From positions 40,300,001 to 40,364,000 of the forward strand of contig OZ024745.1 in assembly GCA_964016885.1 (NCBI GenBank): 64,000 nucleotides of DNA, read 5' to 3'. Under the pieces are notes generated by a model. The model was not told the origin of the DNA. It made no database searches and was given only the letters and a program-made list of their open reading frames with translations. This document shows positions 27,863 to 41,148 of this stretch, piece after piece; position 1 is the stretch's first letter, and every line of letters starts with the position of its first letter. Made by a program: the position numbers and the translations under genes. This stretch comes from Eledone cirrhosa. Its lineage: Eukaryota.

Positions 27863-28288
27863 TATTTAAGATTGATGAACATACGTAAAGATTGGCTCGA
27901 ATACCGAATTGAAGAGAGCTGTTCTGCTAAAGAACATGTAAAAGGTGGTGGATAGCAATACTACAACCAGATATATCACGCAAAATAGACTATATAGACT
28001 ATATAGCATTTCATGCCTGAATGTTCTGAGTGAGTGTCACAGTTGAAAGATTAATGAATCTTTAAACTGCGTTGTCTAAAACGTTCAGAATATACTGGCA
28101 AATCTAATAGTTCATAGTGACGAATACAGACATATATAATAGTTCGTTTCGTTTTTGTTTTTGTTTGGCAGCGAGGCTTCACATCTCTTTATTGTATATA
28201 AACGTAATATATATATATATACTTATATAAGATTCCATATATACAACTCTCTCACACACTATTAGTACACACATGCACACACAAACAC

Positions 28289-28336
<48 letters not shown>

Positions 28337-28454
28337 GCTCACACATATGCACACACGCGCACACAAACGCACGTACACACATGCATATATATGTGTGCCT
28401 CTTTGTATATATATATACGCATGTGTGTGTGTGTATGTGTGTGTATGTGTGTGC

Positions 28455-28493
<39 letters not shown>

Positions 28494-30475
28494 GATAAAT
28501 AGAAATTGAAAGATAGATACCGTAAGATAAGGATGAATATTTACAAACATATTTTAATAAGACATTAATTCTAGGATGCCTTCAGTATTCTTAAATGATG
28601 TTGATATTTCTCTCTTCTGAAATGAGATAGCACTTCAGTTTTGAAGAATATTTTGACATATGTCACATTTTTCTCTTTTTCTTTAAACCAAATAATCACT
28701 TAATAATCAGATATAATTAGTTTCTTTTTTTTTTATATTTCAGCCATTTGTCTGGGGCCAATTTCTTTCATGCCATCTAAGTATATGTAGATTATACTAT
28801 TATTTAACTTACCTACAAGCCTTAGGTCTGCCAGCCGTGATTTAATAACATTTCGCTAGGAAGGTCTAATCTAATCAAACCCTATCTGGAGTTGCCACCG
28901 AATTGCCATATATTACAATAACATCCCACTGCACAATTCCATTAAGTTTGAAATTAATTACAATATTTGAAAAGTTTATATTACCTTTCTTGACCAGAAT
29001 TAATCATTAAAGTTTCAATTAATTATTCACGTCTACCCCCAGTATATTGAATATCCTAAACAAGTAAACTATGTTTTATTAATAGGTGTCTCCTTGGAGT
29101 TCCTCCAAATCATTTTTGTTTTAAAATTCCCAACACAAGAGAATAAGGAATCGGTGTGACACTTGAATTATTTTCATAAACGATTATCTAGTATATTTCA
29201 TGTATTTTACTTTTTGTATTATTCTAATATTATCCCTCCATAATAGAGTATGTTACTGTAAGAAGACAGAATAATATTATTTTTTTGGTGATTTACAGAA
29301 CGACTAAATTATATCCCTCTCAAAATAGAATATATAAATATACTACAATGTAAATCTTATAATATTCTAAAACGCATCATTTATTGGAAATTGTTTGAAA
29401 TATTTCACATTTTACTTATTTAATTTGGTTTTATGGTGTCCAATATATCACGAACTAAATACTATATACATCTGCGTCTTACGTATATATTTATAACTTT
29501 CTGATAGCAGTTGATGTTGACATCGTTTAATGATTCGAAAGCTTATAAAGTGACATAGTAAGTATGTAAGCATTTCTGATCAAAAGCAGTCCTTTCATAT
29601 TCCTTCAATTTCCCTTGCTATCATTTTATATCGGTATATTATCGTTGGCTTTAGGAGAAAACATACGTATAAATTTATATAGTAGCGGCGCTTCGAATAT
29701 TAAAGTATTAGAGCTTTGGAAGATATTGATTTTTATTAAGAATTTCTAATCTTCTGGTTGATTTTATTGAATTGTTAACTATCTAGTATACTCGATTTTT
29801 ACTTCGTGCATTATTTGATCTTGACCATCTATGAAATTTTATCAAATTGAAATATTTCCCACACAGTTGAATTACGTGTGGTTAAAATGCATAAAGCTGC
29901 CTTTATACCTCACTGTAGAGCGGTTGAAAATTTCGTAAATGCTTATGAACCTGCAAGCTAAGTATCAGATGATATGAAATATACATTTTATTATCTTATT
30001 AACATGGCCTTTGAGATATTAAACATGAGTTGAGAAGAAATATTTGATTACGAATGTTTGATATTATTTCAGCATTGGAAATTGCCGTTTGTTAAATTTC
30101 TTATAGAATGTAAGGTGATGTTAAGGAATATGAGGTGGTTCTTTTCTTATCAGAAGTTCGACTACTATGCCCCCAGTAAACTAATGTTTCTAACTCTCAC
30201 TAACTATAATATCCCTCTTCAAATCACAGACTAATAGAGAGAATGATTAGCATTACCGTCCGCACATATTGTCTCGGAATTTATAGTTATAGTTGTTATA
30301 TTACTCTTAACAAATTTCTTATCCAGAAGATATCATCAAACTAGCATTAACCAACACATAATTTTTTTTTTTCACGCCAAGTATATTTATGAATTGGAGC
30401 GTCAGTGTCCCTTCTGAGGAAGGAGTCCTCCGAGGTGGGGTGGCTGTCAGAGTGGGTGTCGCTGGTCATTCTCTG

Positions 30476-31512
30476 ATGGAATTAACTTAATTTTAGGAAG
30501 ATTTCAAGCTTGATATCCTTGTAGTTGGAGCCCTTATATTATATTAATTTTGTGGTCTTTTCCGTGCGGCGCAGCCCAATTACCGTCGTGCTTTAGGGCG
30601 AGAGCCCAATCACCCTCTATCTATTTTCCTATTTTACATTCCATTCGTTCGTTCAATATAAATTGTCTTTTTTTTTGTTTTTCTATTAAAGTGTATTTAC
30701 ATGATATATTCCATAACTAAATATATTTCCAATATGTATGCCTTCCTCTAGCCATCCCCTAGGCAGTCAAGTTGTGATCCTATCTTGCAACAGTCATAGC
30801 CAGACTCTCGTATGTATAATATACGCAAACATATCGTAACGCTTTCATATATACTAATGTTATAAGGCACACTATGTTTGTACTACAGTTAATTAATTAG
30901 AGCGAGGTAAGTTAGAAATATATGATATGATTATAGGTATATTTGCTTGCAATTCGTATGATGATGTTTTAATTTTATGGGTTTTTTTGTGTTATGTTTT
31001 TGTACAATGATACTCAACAAGGCACGTTTATTCTACATATATCACTGGATACTAATTTATTCAGTACCAACAGACTTTCAACAATCTGGGGCAATAAAAT
31101 TCAACCATACCTGATATGTGTTGTCCAGCCTTAGGTGTATATTTGTATATGATTGTTCTCTTTTGTCTGTTTATTTTTATTGTTATTTTATATTTTTGTT
31201 ACTCATAAGTACAATATATAAACTATCGGTAATCCATTATATTTCTTAAATCACAAATGCTATATATAGGTATTTGCAACAATTTTGATATGACGTCGTG
31301 ATGTGATTTAAGCTATAATATATAATAAAATAGCTGTCATCGGTAGAAATTCAGTAACGAAATGTGATTATCAGATAATATTTCGATTGCTAATACAAAA
31401 CATATGGATTCAGTCAATATTGACAGAATTTTGGTGTGAGATGGAATTAACTTAATTTTAGGAAGATTTCAAGCTTGATATCCTTGTAGTTGGAGCCCTT
31501 ATATTATATTAA
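30476..31512 (+). repeat. Direct duplication of ~72 bp (30476-30548 and 31440-31512)
   Basis: gatggaattaacttaattttaggaagatttcaagcttgatatccttgtagttggagcccttatattatattaa occurs twice. Confidence 0.9.
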
Positions 31513-31537
31513 GCAGCAACTTTTCGATTAAATAGAC

Positions 31538-31632
<95 letters not shown>

Positions 31633-32108
31633 TATATATCAGTGTCTATGAATGTGCGCGCGTGTGTGAGTATAATCAATTAGGAAACCTATTTAAAGTC
31701 CATTTATGGAACCAATTTGATTCAGTAGAAAATCATTTTGTATGAAGCTCTCTAACGAAGAAATGTTTATGATGATGGGAAACAGATCGAGATCATAAAT
31801 AGTAATACAAAAAGGATTACTATATTACATTGATATAAAAAGTGGATATATAAGAAAATATCCTTATTTGTAAATCGGAATAATCTCAGGGACAATACTG
31901 CAACGATGTCGAACGGGAAATAAGAAGCGAAATTCTTAATAAAACTTATGAAAGCAAAACATACGCAGAATATACGCAAACGTAAGACCATACAAATTGG
32001 ACTTCGTTTGTATTTATTTTATTTTGTATATATATATATATATAAACATATATATATATATAAATATGTATATATATATACATATATATATATATATGTA
32101 TATATATC

Positions 32109-32140
<32 letters not shown>

Positions 32141-32282
32141 AAGACAGGGGGGAAGAAAAAATGGCTTCACTTGTCCTTTCAACAAATTTATTTTCTTTAC
32201 AAAATCCCAAAAGAATTTTTTCTTTATATATATATCTATGTATATATATAGATATATATATGTATATATATATACATATATA

Positions 32283-32336
<54 letters not shown>

Positions 32337-32343
32337 CATATAC

Positions 32344-32476
<133 letters not shown>

Positions 32477-32509
32477 TATAGATATATATATTACATACAT
32501 ATATATATA

Positions 32510-32638
<129 letters not shown>

Positions 32639-32989
32639 TATAATAATAGTAAGCATTTCAAAAAAAAGTCTAGCATGAAACATATTTTCCTGTGTTAAGA
32701 TGCATTAATGAACGTCTGGGTTATATGTGTTTTCATGGAAAAGAAAATATTGTAGACTATGACCTGATGACTGAAGTTGCATCACAAAGAAGTATTTACG
32801 AATATGTCTCACAAATATTTGAACACCAAAGAAAGGTGAAATTAATTGTAACTACATGTATTTGAATCACTGTTAACGCTTTACAGCTATAATAAAATAT
32901 ATATCACTTTATTCATATATTCAGTTCTTTTCAATCCGTTTGCGCAGACTCCTCACACACACACACTAGATATATATATATATTTATCT

Positions 32990-33180
32990 TAAAATAACAG
33001 ATTAAAGTTTAAGCAAAGAATCGGTGGTCTCGCCCTTAAGGTTAAGGGGGAAAGCAGGGATTCTTTGCTTAAACTGTTATTTTAATAAATATTTGTTCTA
33101 GGGTTCTTATATATGTGATATATATTTATCCTTATCGAGCCCTCTTTGGATTTTAGTCTTCAAATGTATTATTATTAATA
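32990..33180. repeat. Short fold-back repeat, related to 40940-41148
   Basis: agtttaagcaaagaatc..gattctttgcttaaact inverted arms; flank is the reverse complement of 40940-41040. Confidence 0.75.
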
Positions 33181-33316
33181 TATATATATCTATATATTAG
33201 AAAGTGAAGTTTTTTTTACAAAATGAAAAATAAACGAGTGAAAGTATAAGGAAAAAAGATGAAATCGAAAATGCAACTGGAGTCTTTTTTTTTTAAATAT
33301 ATATATTTATTTGGTT

Positions 33317-33354
33317 CCTTTACCGGTTTCGCAGTTATTCTGCTTTTCAAAATT
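33317..33354 (-). ncRNA. Hammerhead, U3-A8 core variant (stem I eroded)
   Basis: TT TTGAAAA GCAG-aataa-CTGC GAAAC CG GTA AAGG. Confidence 0.65.
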
Positions 33355-33459
33355 AGAGTTGAGATGGAGGGTCTGTGTTTTTTCTCACATCTGGTTGGTC
33401 TCTGAATGTTACTTGTTTTATATGGAAAAAGGTGGCTCGAAATGCCACGTTTTTATAGA

Positions 33460-34085
33460 AGTAATTAGGTTGGTTGGTGAATAAGTATAATAAATTTCGC
33501 GCCACTTCGCGTTACAAAGTTCTTCAAACACAGGGGGGGGGGCTGAGGTTGTTTTTTTTCAAATATGAGTGAAGTTTGGTTGGTTGATGCAGTCACGTGA
33601 ATAAGTACATCAGCTTTCGCGCTAGTTTGTGTTTAAATTACTTTTTATTTAAAAGAAAAAGAGGCTCAGGAAGGCTTTTTTTCACGTGAACAAGTACATT
33701 AAATTTACGCCCGTATTTTGGAATTTTTTTATAGCCATTTAGAGAATGTTGTGCCAAACAAAAGATAATGGTCAAGAAAAAAGGAATGGAGAGAGTTGTT
33801 CTGAGTATGAATGATGGGCTGAAATGTAATTTGATTGGTTATAAATAAAGTAATGACTGTCACGTGAACAAGTTCATTAAATTTCGGGCTCGTATTTGGG
33901 ATTTTATTTTGTAGCCTTTTAGAGAATTTTGTGCCAAACAAGAGAAATGGGATGGGGATAATTATTCTGATTCAGTGAATATGGCTGATGCGCTGGGGTG
34001 TCAGAATTCAGACTTTCTATTGAAATAAAGAAAGTAGAGATATGGGTGTTCATGCGTGTGCTTGTGTGTGTGTGGGGGGGGGAGG

Positions 34086-34148
<63 letters not shown>

Positions 34149-34700
34149 CTATGTGTGTGTAGGAAGATGATTATATTAGTAGAAATGGGGGAGGGAAGTG
34201 TGTGAGTATGTATGGGTGTTATGTGTGTGTGTATGTGTGTGTGCGAGTATGGAATAGCATGTTAAGATGAAGCGAATATATATAGTGTGTGTGTGTGTGT
34301 GAGTATGGTTAGCATGTTAAGATGGAAAAACTATATATATTGTGTGTGGGGAGGGGGGTAGGAAAATGATTCGATTAGTAGAAATGGGGGAGGGAGTTGT
34401 GTGTGTGTATGGGTGTTATGTGTGTGTGTATGGCTGTTATGGGTGTGTGTGTATGTGAGTATGGTTAGCATGTTAAGATCGAGAGAATATATTTATTGTT
34501 TGTGTGTGTTTGTAGGAAAATGATTCCGTTAGTAGAAATGGGGAGGCAGTTATATATGTGGGGGGAGAGGTTAGCATGTTAAGATGTTAGAGTATTAACG
34601 TATGTTAAGGTTTATTTAGTTCTGCTATTTTTATTTTCTAAAGTAGAAGGTGTGTGTATGTACGTGTCTGTTTGGATGGTTAGCATGTTATGGTGTTGAC
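33460..34700. repeat. Loose tandem repeats (tcacgtgaacaagt units; ggttagcatgttaagat/(GT)n units) next to the U3-A8 hammerhead
   Basis: Repeated motifs at ~33590, 33680, 33860 and ~34255, 34305, 34460, 34570, 34678. Confidence 0.6.
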
Positions 34701-34749
34701 ATAATGTGTATCAAACTATATCTAATGGTGGTATATATATATGAATAAA

Positions 34750-34843
34750 CATATTTTCCTTATTCATTCGTATTTGTTCTGTTGTGTATATATATATATT
34801 CAGACGGGATTACTTCACATATATATGTGAAGTAATTCCGTCG

Positions 34844-34884
<41 letters not shown>

Positions 34885-34916
34885 ACAGAACAAATACGAA
34901 TGAATAAGGAAAATAT

Positions 34917-34922
<6 letters not shown>
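34750..34922. repeat. Fold-back inverted duplication centred on a short (TA)n
   Basis: aaacatattttccttattcattcgtatttgttctgttg..attacttcac-atatatat-gtgaagtaat..caacagaacaaatacgaatgaataaggaaaatatgttt. Confidence 0.85.
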
Positions 34923-34959
<37 letters not shown>

Positions 34960-35007
34960 TCTGTATGTATACGTACATACATATATGTATACAGACGTAC
35001 AGTAGCA

Positions 35008-35081
<74 letters not shown>

Positions 35082-35084
35082 CAT

Positions 35085-35513
35085 ACAGGTACACATACAT
35101 ATATGCACGCATCAGTTTAGCGGACGCTTATTATAACGCCGCTTTGTTCGTTTGTAAACAAACTGAACAGCCTGAATTTATGCCATACGGTGTTAAGGCA
35201 ACCACGTCACCTTTTTGTTCAACACTGACACAGGAACGATGTACTAGTTTCAAGCTTGTTAGCTATCATCAGCACCGTTTACCCATCTGCCAGATAGTTG
35301 AACGTTCGAAAGTATATACTTTCCTTATGAAAATTAACGGCTGAGCAGCCTAATTTGCATATTGAGTGAGTTAAATCGGTCAGGCATACCGAAAACGATA
35401 AGTTGAAAAAAATGAAAACGAAATTTCATTTCTCACTCTTAGTATGGCACTTACTTAAATGTAAGTCTGTATGTATACGTACATACATATATGTATACAG
35501 ACGTACAGTAGCA

Positions 35514-35516
<3 letters not shown>
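35085..35516 (-). repeat. Non-coding hammerhead-bearing repeat; partial copies at 1915-2030, 34955-35010 and 35955-36153
   Basis: Shared gaaatttcatttctcactcttagta and gcacgcatcagtttagcggacgc segments. Confidence 0.75.
35235..35279 (-). ncRNA. Minimal type I hammerhead ribozyme
   Basis: AACGGTG CTGATGA T AGCT-aaca-AGCT T GAAAC TA GTA CATCGTT; 7-bp stem I, palindromic ACTAGT stem III, GUA site. Confidence 0.87.
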
Positions 35517-35580
<64 letters not shown>

Positions 35581-35712
35581 GTGAGGTTTTTTTTTACAAA
35601 ATGAAAAATAACCGAGGTGTCCTACACGAGTGGAAGTATAAAGAAAAAGGGATGAAATCGAAAATGCAACTGAAGTCTTATTTTTTTTTTAAATATATAT
35701 ATTTATTTGGTT

Positions 35713-35750
35713 CCTTTACCGGTTTCGCAGTTCTTCTGCTTTTCAAAAGG
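35713..35750 (-). ncRNA. Hammerhead, U3-A8 core variant
   Basis: CCTT TTGAAAA GCAG-aagaa-CTGC GAAAC CG GTA AAGG; left arm of inverted repeat 35640-35767 / 35783-35911. Confidence 0.78.
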
Positions 35751-35799
35751 TGAGTTGAGATGGAGGGTCTGTGGTTTTTAAACCCTCCATCTCAACTCA

Positions 35800-35837
35800 C
35801 CTTTTGAAAAGCAGAAGAACTGCGAAACCGGTAAAGG
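35800..35837 (+). ncRNA. Hammerhead, U3-A8 core variant
   Basis: CCTT TTGAAAA GCAG-aagaa-CTGC GAAAC CG GTA AAGG. Confidence 0.78.
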
Positions 35838-35909
35838 AACCAAATAAATATATATATTTTTTAAAAAAATAAGACTTCAGTTGCATTTTCGATTTCATCC
35901 CTTTTTCTT

Positions 35910-35959
<50 letters not shown>

Positions 35960-36152
35960 CAGGTACACATACATATATGCACGCATCAGTTTAGCGGACG
36001 CTTATTATAACGCCGCTTTGTTCGTTTGTAAACAAACTGAACAGCCTGAATTTATGCCATACGGTGTTAAGGCAACCGCGTCACCTTTTTGTTCGTAAGT
36101 AAGTGCCATACTAAGAGTGAGAAATGAAATTTCGTTTTCATTTTTTTCAACT

Positions 36153-36183
<31 letters not shown>

Positions 36184-36639
36184 AAACATAAATTATCGAG
36201 AATCGCATTTCGGCCCACGAAATAACGAAAAACAACCTCCGAGATGTGTGGCAAGTGCTCAATGATTCAGATGAACCAGAGCTATAACAAACCTTATAGG
36301 CCAAACACACTGAGACGATGGTTAAACAATCATTCGCATAGCCAAATAAACGATCAATTAATTCGGGTATTGAAGATTTACCAGGACCCCTGGAAGGTTG
36401 GTAAAATCCAGTATTTGGGTTTCTGCGGCTCCTAAATCAAGTACTGTCCGCCTACATAATTAATGTTAGGCTTCTGATAAGATGATTGAACAAGGAACCC
36501 ACTTTCTTAACAGGTTTTAGTTCAATGTTAATACAAGGACTGACTATTGCTGACCCCACGTGGGAATCGGCAAGGGGGGCAACCCCTATATCAGGCGAAT
36601 GAATTCAGTTGTGTATATTTTTGCAAGAATGCAAAAACA

Positions 36640-36727
<88 letters not shown>

Positions 36728-37094
36728 TCGGATATATATATAATGAGCAGACGGGGAAAGAAGTATCAATTTAGCAAATTATACACAGTTAATTCACACC
36801 TGACTGGCGATTTCATATTCATCAGCTCAATATAAATTCAAGCCTGATTGTGAAATTGAAAGTTCCTCAGTCTCTGGTCCAGGCAAAGTTTCCATCCAAA
36901 TTAGAGAGAAATTCAATTTCTTCGACATTATTCGGAGAAAAGGAATTTATATCCGCTGCCCAGCAGTGTAAAGATGAAATCCATTTTCTGATGACCGGAA
37001 GTAACAGTAGAATGAAGCGAGAGATAATGAAAAAAGAGAAGGTTAGATCAGAAAGAAGTAAGAAAGAGATAGGTAGAAAGAGAACAAATAAATA

Positions 37095-37560
37095 AGAATA
37101 ATCTGGAATAATCCCAACCCCACGGTCAAGACCAAACTGCGAGTCTACCAGACATGTGTACGAAGCACATTGAAGCGAAACACAAGTAAAATAAATCAAT
37201 GTTTATCACTTGTACTGCCTCTGCCGCATTCCCTGCATCCAATGACAGGTGAAAATACTAGAGGCATGAACTTGTGCACAATCAAATCTGCACCTGGGAA
37301 CAATGCGCCGGTAACAGTATAGTTTGGCGCCTCGATGTCAGAAAGGACACACAGACAGCAAAGCAGACAAGGAGCAATGGCATTACTGACAAAAGGGTGA
37401 AAAGGAAGGACAGACAAGGAATACTTGAACATATATCGGTTATCTGCAGAAAATGCGGTAGACACTACAATTCCCGTACTCGACTGTTCAGTCATTCAAC
37501 AAATTGTAGATTAATACAACTATGAACGCTACACCATCGTCTCCCGCAAACGGCTGGATG
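37095..37560 (+). mobile_element. RTE-clade LINE 3' remnant
   Basis: TWEQCAGNSIVWRLDVRK..KRVKRK..ICRKCGRHYNSRTRLFSHSTNC resembles the RTE C-terminal C2H2-like finger; upstream YHLYCLCRI. Confidence 0.75.
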
Positions 37561-37574
37561 TTAGTTGGTCAGTC

Positions 37575-37629
<55 letters not shown>

Positions 37630-37784
37630 AATATATAAAACATAGAAAACAATCTGCACTGTAATATATCTGATAGTTTACATTGAGATAATTTATCTTA
37701 CTAGTAATACAAAATTTTTACCTATCTTATTTATAATTGCATATAGATTATATATATATTAGTATAAGTATTATTATTATTATG

Positions 37785-37965
37785 AATTAGCAGTATCGGT
37801 AGAGAGTCGGACGCCATGCTTTGACGCATAGTTACGGCCCTTGCCATTCCGAGTTCAAATCCCGCCGAGGTTAACTTTGCCTTTCATCCTTACGGGGTCG
37901 ATAAAATACAGTACCAGTAATGCACTGCGTAATTGCTGGCCTTGTGCCAAAAGTAGAAACAATTA
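37785..37965 (+). mobile_element. SINE copy
   Basis: Family sequence, flanked by (ATT)n. Confidence 0.88.
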
Positions 37966-38967
37966 TTATTATTATTATATATATAAGTGTGTGTGTGTAT
38001 CTCTATGTGGGGGGATGGTGGGCGATCGTAAGGTTGTGTGTTCGGTTCTTGGACGGCGTGGCGTTTTGTGTCCTAGACTCACCTCAGTAAAGAAGAACTG
38101 AGTCTTTTGAAGCATGACAAAAATCTAGTATTTGTTCTCCACCAACTAATCTAGCAATGGTTGGGCTAATATATAGGGGATTTAAACTATTTCTTCTGAA
38201 TGTGTTACACGATGACCGACCAACTGCAGTATTCGACAAGTTACCATTTTAGTTCATTTAATAGACCACAATTGAGTTGTATACTTGTGGCGAAGCAATC
38301 CGATTGGGATTAAAACCCATACATAACATGTAGGAGCCTCTTCTGACTAGCTGATAATTCAGCGTCAGTGAGAATTGCCATGTCTCACAAACATGGCTGA
38401 AAATATTGAAAATATTACCTTGGCTGAAAATATTTTGATCAGTTATTACCAGACGTTTCTTAATTTGTTATACATGACATGCAGGTGGTTCTCTATTGCT
38501 TATATATCTGTATATTTTGTCTTGCCAGACAAGGTACAACATATTTTATATTTTCCACAGTTTTCCTTTACTGTCTAGACATCGAGTAAATGATCACTGT
38601 ATCTGAATTAATTAATTACATTCAGGAAGAAACGTTCTCAAAGTTTTCTAGGTGTAGTTGTCCTTGGTGCATATCTTCTGAGAATAAGGTAATTGCATCA
38701 GCACACACGGTATACAACGCGAACATTGGTTGCATGCGGCTGCCTCAAATAAATGATATGAAACCAATGCATCAGCTTCCTCATGAGTAGCACCAAGGAG
38801 CCAGGATCAAATTCCGTATCTTTTATATATCCACAGTTAATTCATTTCTACCTAAATGTTTATCAATGACTGACCAACGGTCAAAAATACGATTAAATTC
38901 TATTCATGTATTTCATAAGAATTGAGGATATATATATAATATATATAATATATAATATATACACACG

Positions 38968-39090
<123 letters not shown>

Positions 39091-39199
39091 GTAATATGTG
39101 TAGAAGTAAACACAGTAAATCGAGTGTCTAAAATGACGAGTGTAGATTACACCACAGATGTTATATATAATTTAACCTGAATCATATGGGATGTTACAA

Positions 39200-39652
39200 G
39201 ATTTCTCATAAGATTTCTCATACATACCATATCAATAACAATTTCATCTCACGGACAGACTAAAGATTTAATCTGTTTCGCCCTAAATAAATCGTGTTTG
39301 TAACAAGTAATCCGTAGGCATTTCGTCAGCGAGAGATAAGATTAAAGGATACACAACACCTGTAACGAGAAACTCACTAAAGTTTATACCTCGTGCGTTG
39401 AAAATCATATGCGTTGCGAGGGGTTATGCTAGAAATAATAGCCTATTTACACTCATTTTTATAAGCTCAACAGATAAGGAGCCGAAATGAGTTATTAACT
39501 CATATAGATACCCTGCAATTAACTGACGAAATGCCTACGGATTACTTGTTACAAACACGATTTATTCAGGGCGAAACAGATTAAATCTTTAGTCTGTCCG
39601 GGAGATGAAATGGTTATTGATATGGTATGTATGAGAAATCTTATAAGAAATC
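39200..39652. repeat. Inverted repeat (39200-39329 / 39523-39652) carrying a hammerhead
   Basis: Arms reverse-complementary; the plus-strand copy begins at CTGACGA. Confidence 0.85.
39246..39337 (-). ncRNA. Hammerhead with long stem III and a 3-nt insertion after the core
   Basis: ATCTCTCG CTGACGA AAT GCC..GGC GAAACAGATTAAA-tc-TTTAGTCTGTC CGTGAGAT. Confidence 0.7.
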
Positions 39653-39977
39653 TCGGGTATCTATATGAGTTAATATATATATATATATATATATATCATA
39701 AAACATGTCTTTAGAATCACTAGATATAATATATACCATTTCCTCTCCAAATTAGCATAATTAACCATATAAAAAATCAATTAGACCAAGCCATAAGAAT
39801 AAAAGCTCCAATGAAGAAATCACCGACAAATAACCGAAAGCAGCCTCTTCGCGGTGGCTACGATGGAGTATTTATCCAACATTTCGACAGCATGCAGAAA
39901 TCGACCAGATATACAGTCAACCAAACACAATTAGGTGTAAATTTAAACTCAGAAGAAATCCGTACATACCTAATTAC

Positions 39978-40051
39978 CTCTACCATGGTTTCGTCCGTAT
40001 TTCAAGACATCCGATAACAGAGAATATCCAGAGCTTCGTCCTCATCAGGAG
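39978..40051 (-). ncRNA. Hammerhead (stem II partly mutated)
   Basis: CTC CTGATGA GGACG..CGGAC GAAAC CATG GTA GAG. Confidence 0.68.
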
Positions 40052-40633
40052 CGAACTCAAAATTAGACATTTAATTTTCCAAAGTGATCGCGCCAAAAAT
40101 ACATTAAAAAATGGCTAAGAATCGTGACGTGGCAGCGGTCAAGTTAGAAAGGATGTGATTAGTTACTTATGGCAGATAGGCTTATTGCTAGAAAGCGCAG
40201 CCCAATTTCGCCAAATTGTATCTCAACCTAACGGGAGATTATTACATATAAAGGTTTACGTATATATAAAGTCATAGATATATATCTGTTTTGCAACAGG
40301 TCACGTTATGGTTCAATGAAGAATTAATAAATTAAATAATCAGAGCTATGTATCATAAAACATGCCTTTAGAATCACTAGATATAATATATACCATTTCC
40401 TCTCCCAATTAGCATAATTAACCATATAAAAAATCAATTAGATCAAGCTATAAGAATAAAGGCTCCTAAGAAGAAATCTCCGACATATAACCGAAAGCAG
40501 CCTCTTCGCGGTGGCTACGATGGAGTATTTATCCAACATTTCGACAGCATGTAGAAATCGACCAGATATACAGTCAACCAAACACAATTAGGTGTAAATT
40601 TAAACTTAGAAGAAATGCGTACATACTTAATTC

Positions 40634-40707
40634 CTCTACCATGGTTTCGTCCGTATTTTAAGACATCTGATAATAGTGAATGTCCAGAGCTTCGGACTCA
40701 TCAGGAA
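40634..40707 (-). ncRNA. Type I hammerhead, canonical core, extended stem II
   Basis: TTC CTGATGA GTCCG..CGGAC GAAAC CATG GTA GAG; palindromic ACCATGGT stem III. Confidence 0.82.
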
Positions 40708-40770
40708 CGAACCCAAAATTAGACATTTAATTTTCCAAAGTGATCACGCCAAAAATACATTCACAAATGG

Positions 40771-40881
<111 letters not shown>

Positions 40882-40892
40882 ATATATATATA

Positions 40893-40940
<48 letters not shown>

Positions 40941-41046
40941 ATAATAATAAATTTGAAGACTAAAATCCAAAGAGGGCTCGATAAGGATAAATATATATCA
41001 AATATATATGAACCGTAGAGCAAATATTTATTGAAATAACAGATTA

Positions 41047-41148
41047 AAGTTTAAGCAAAGAATCGCTGCTTTCACCCATAACGGGATCTTCTGAACGGTT
41101 TCAGAAGATCCCGTCAAGAGTGAAAGTACCGATTCTTTGCTTAAACTT
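41047..41148. repeat. Hairpin/fold-back with ~48-bp arms
   Basis: aagtttaagcaaagaatcg..cgggatcttctgaa-cggt-ttcagaagatcccg..cgattctttgcttaaactt. Confidence 0.85.

Noticed and set aside
32760-32812. CTGATGA heptamer
   Set aside because: No properly placed GAAA or stems
36232-36325. CCGAGA T GTGTG..CACAC T GAGAC, possible decayed hammerhead
   Set aside because: Several core lesions; cannot be supported without a consensus
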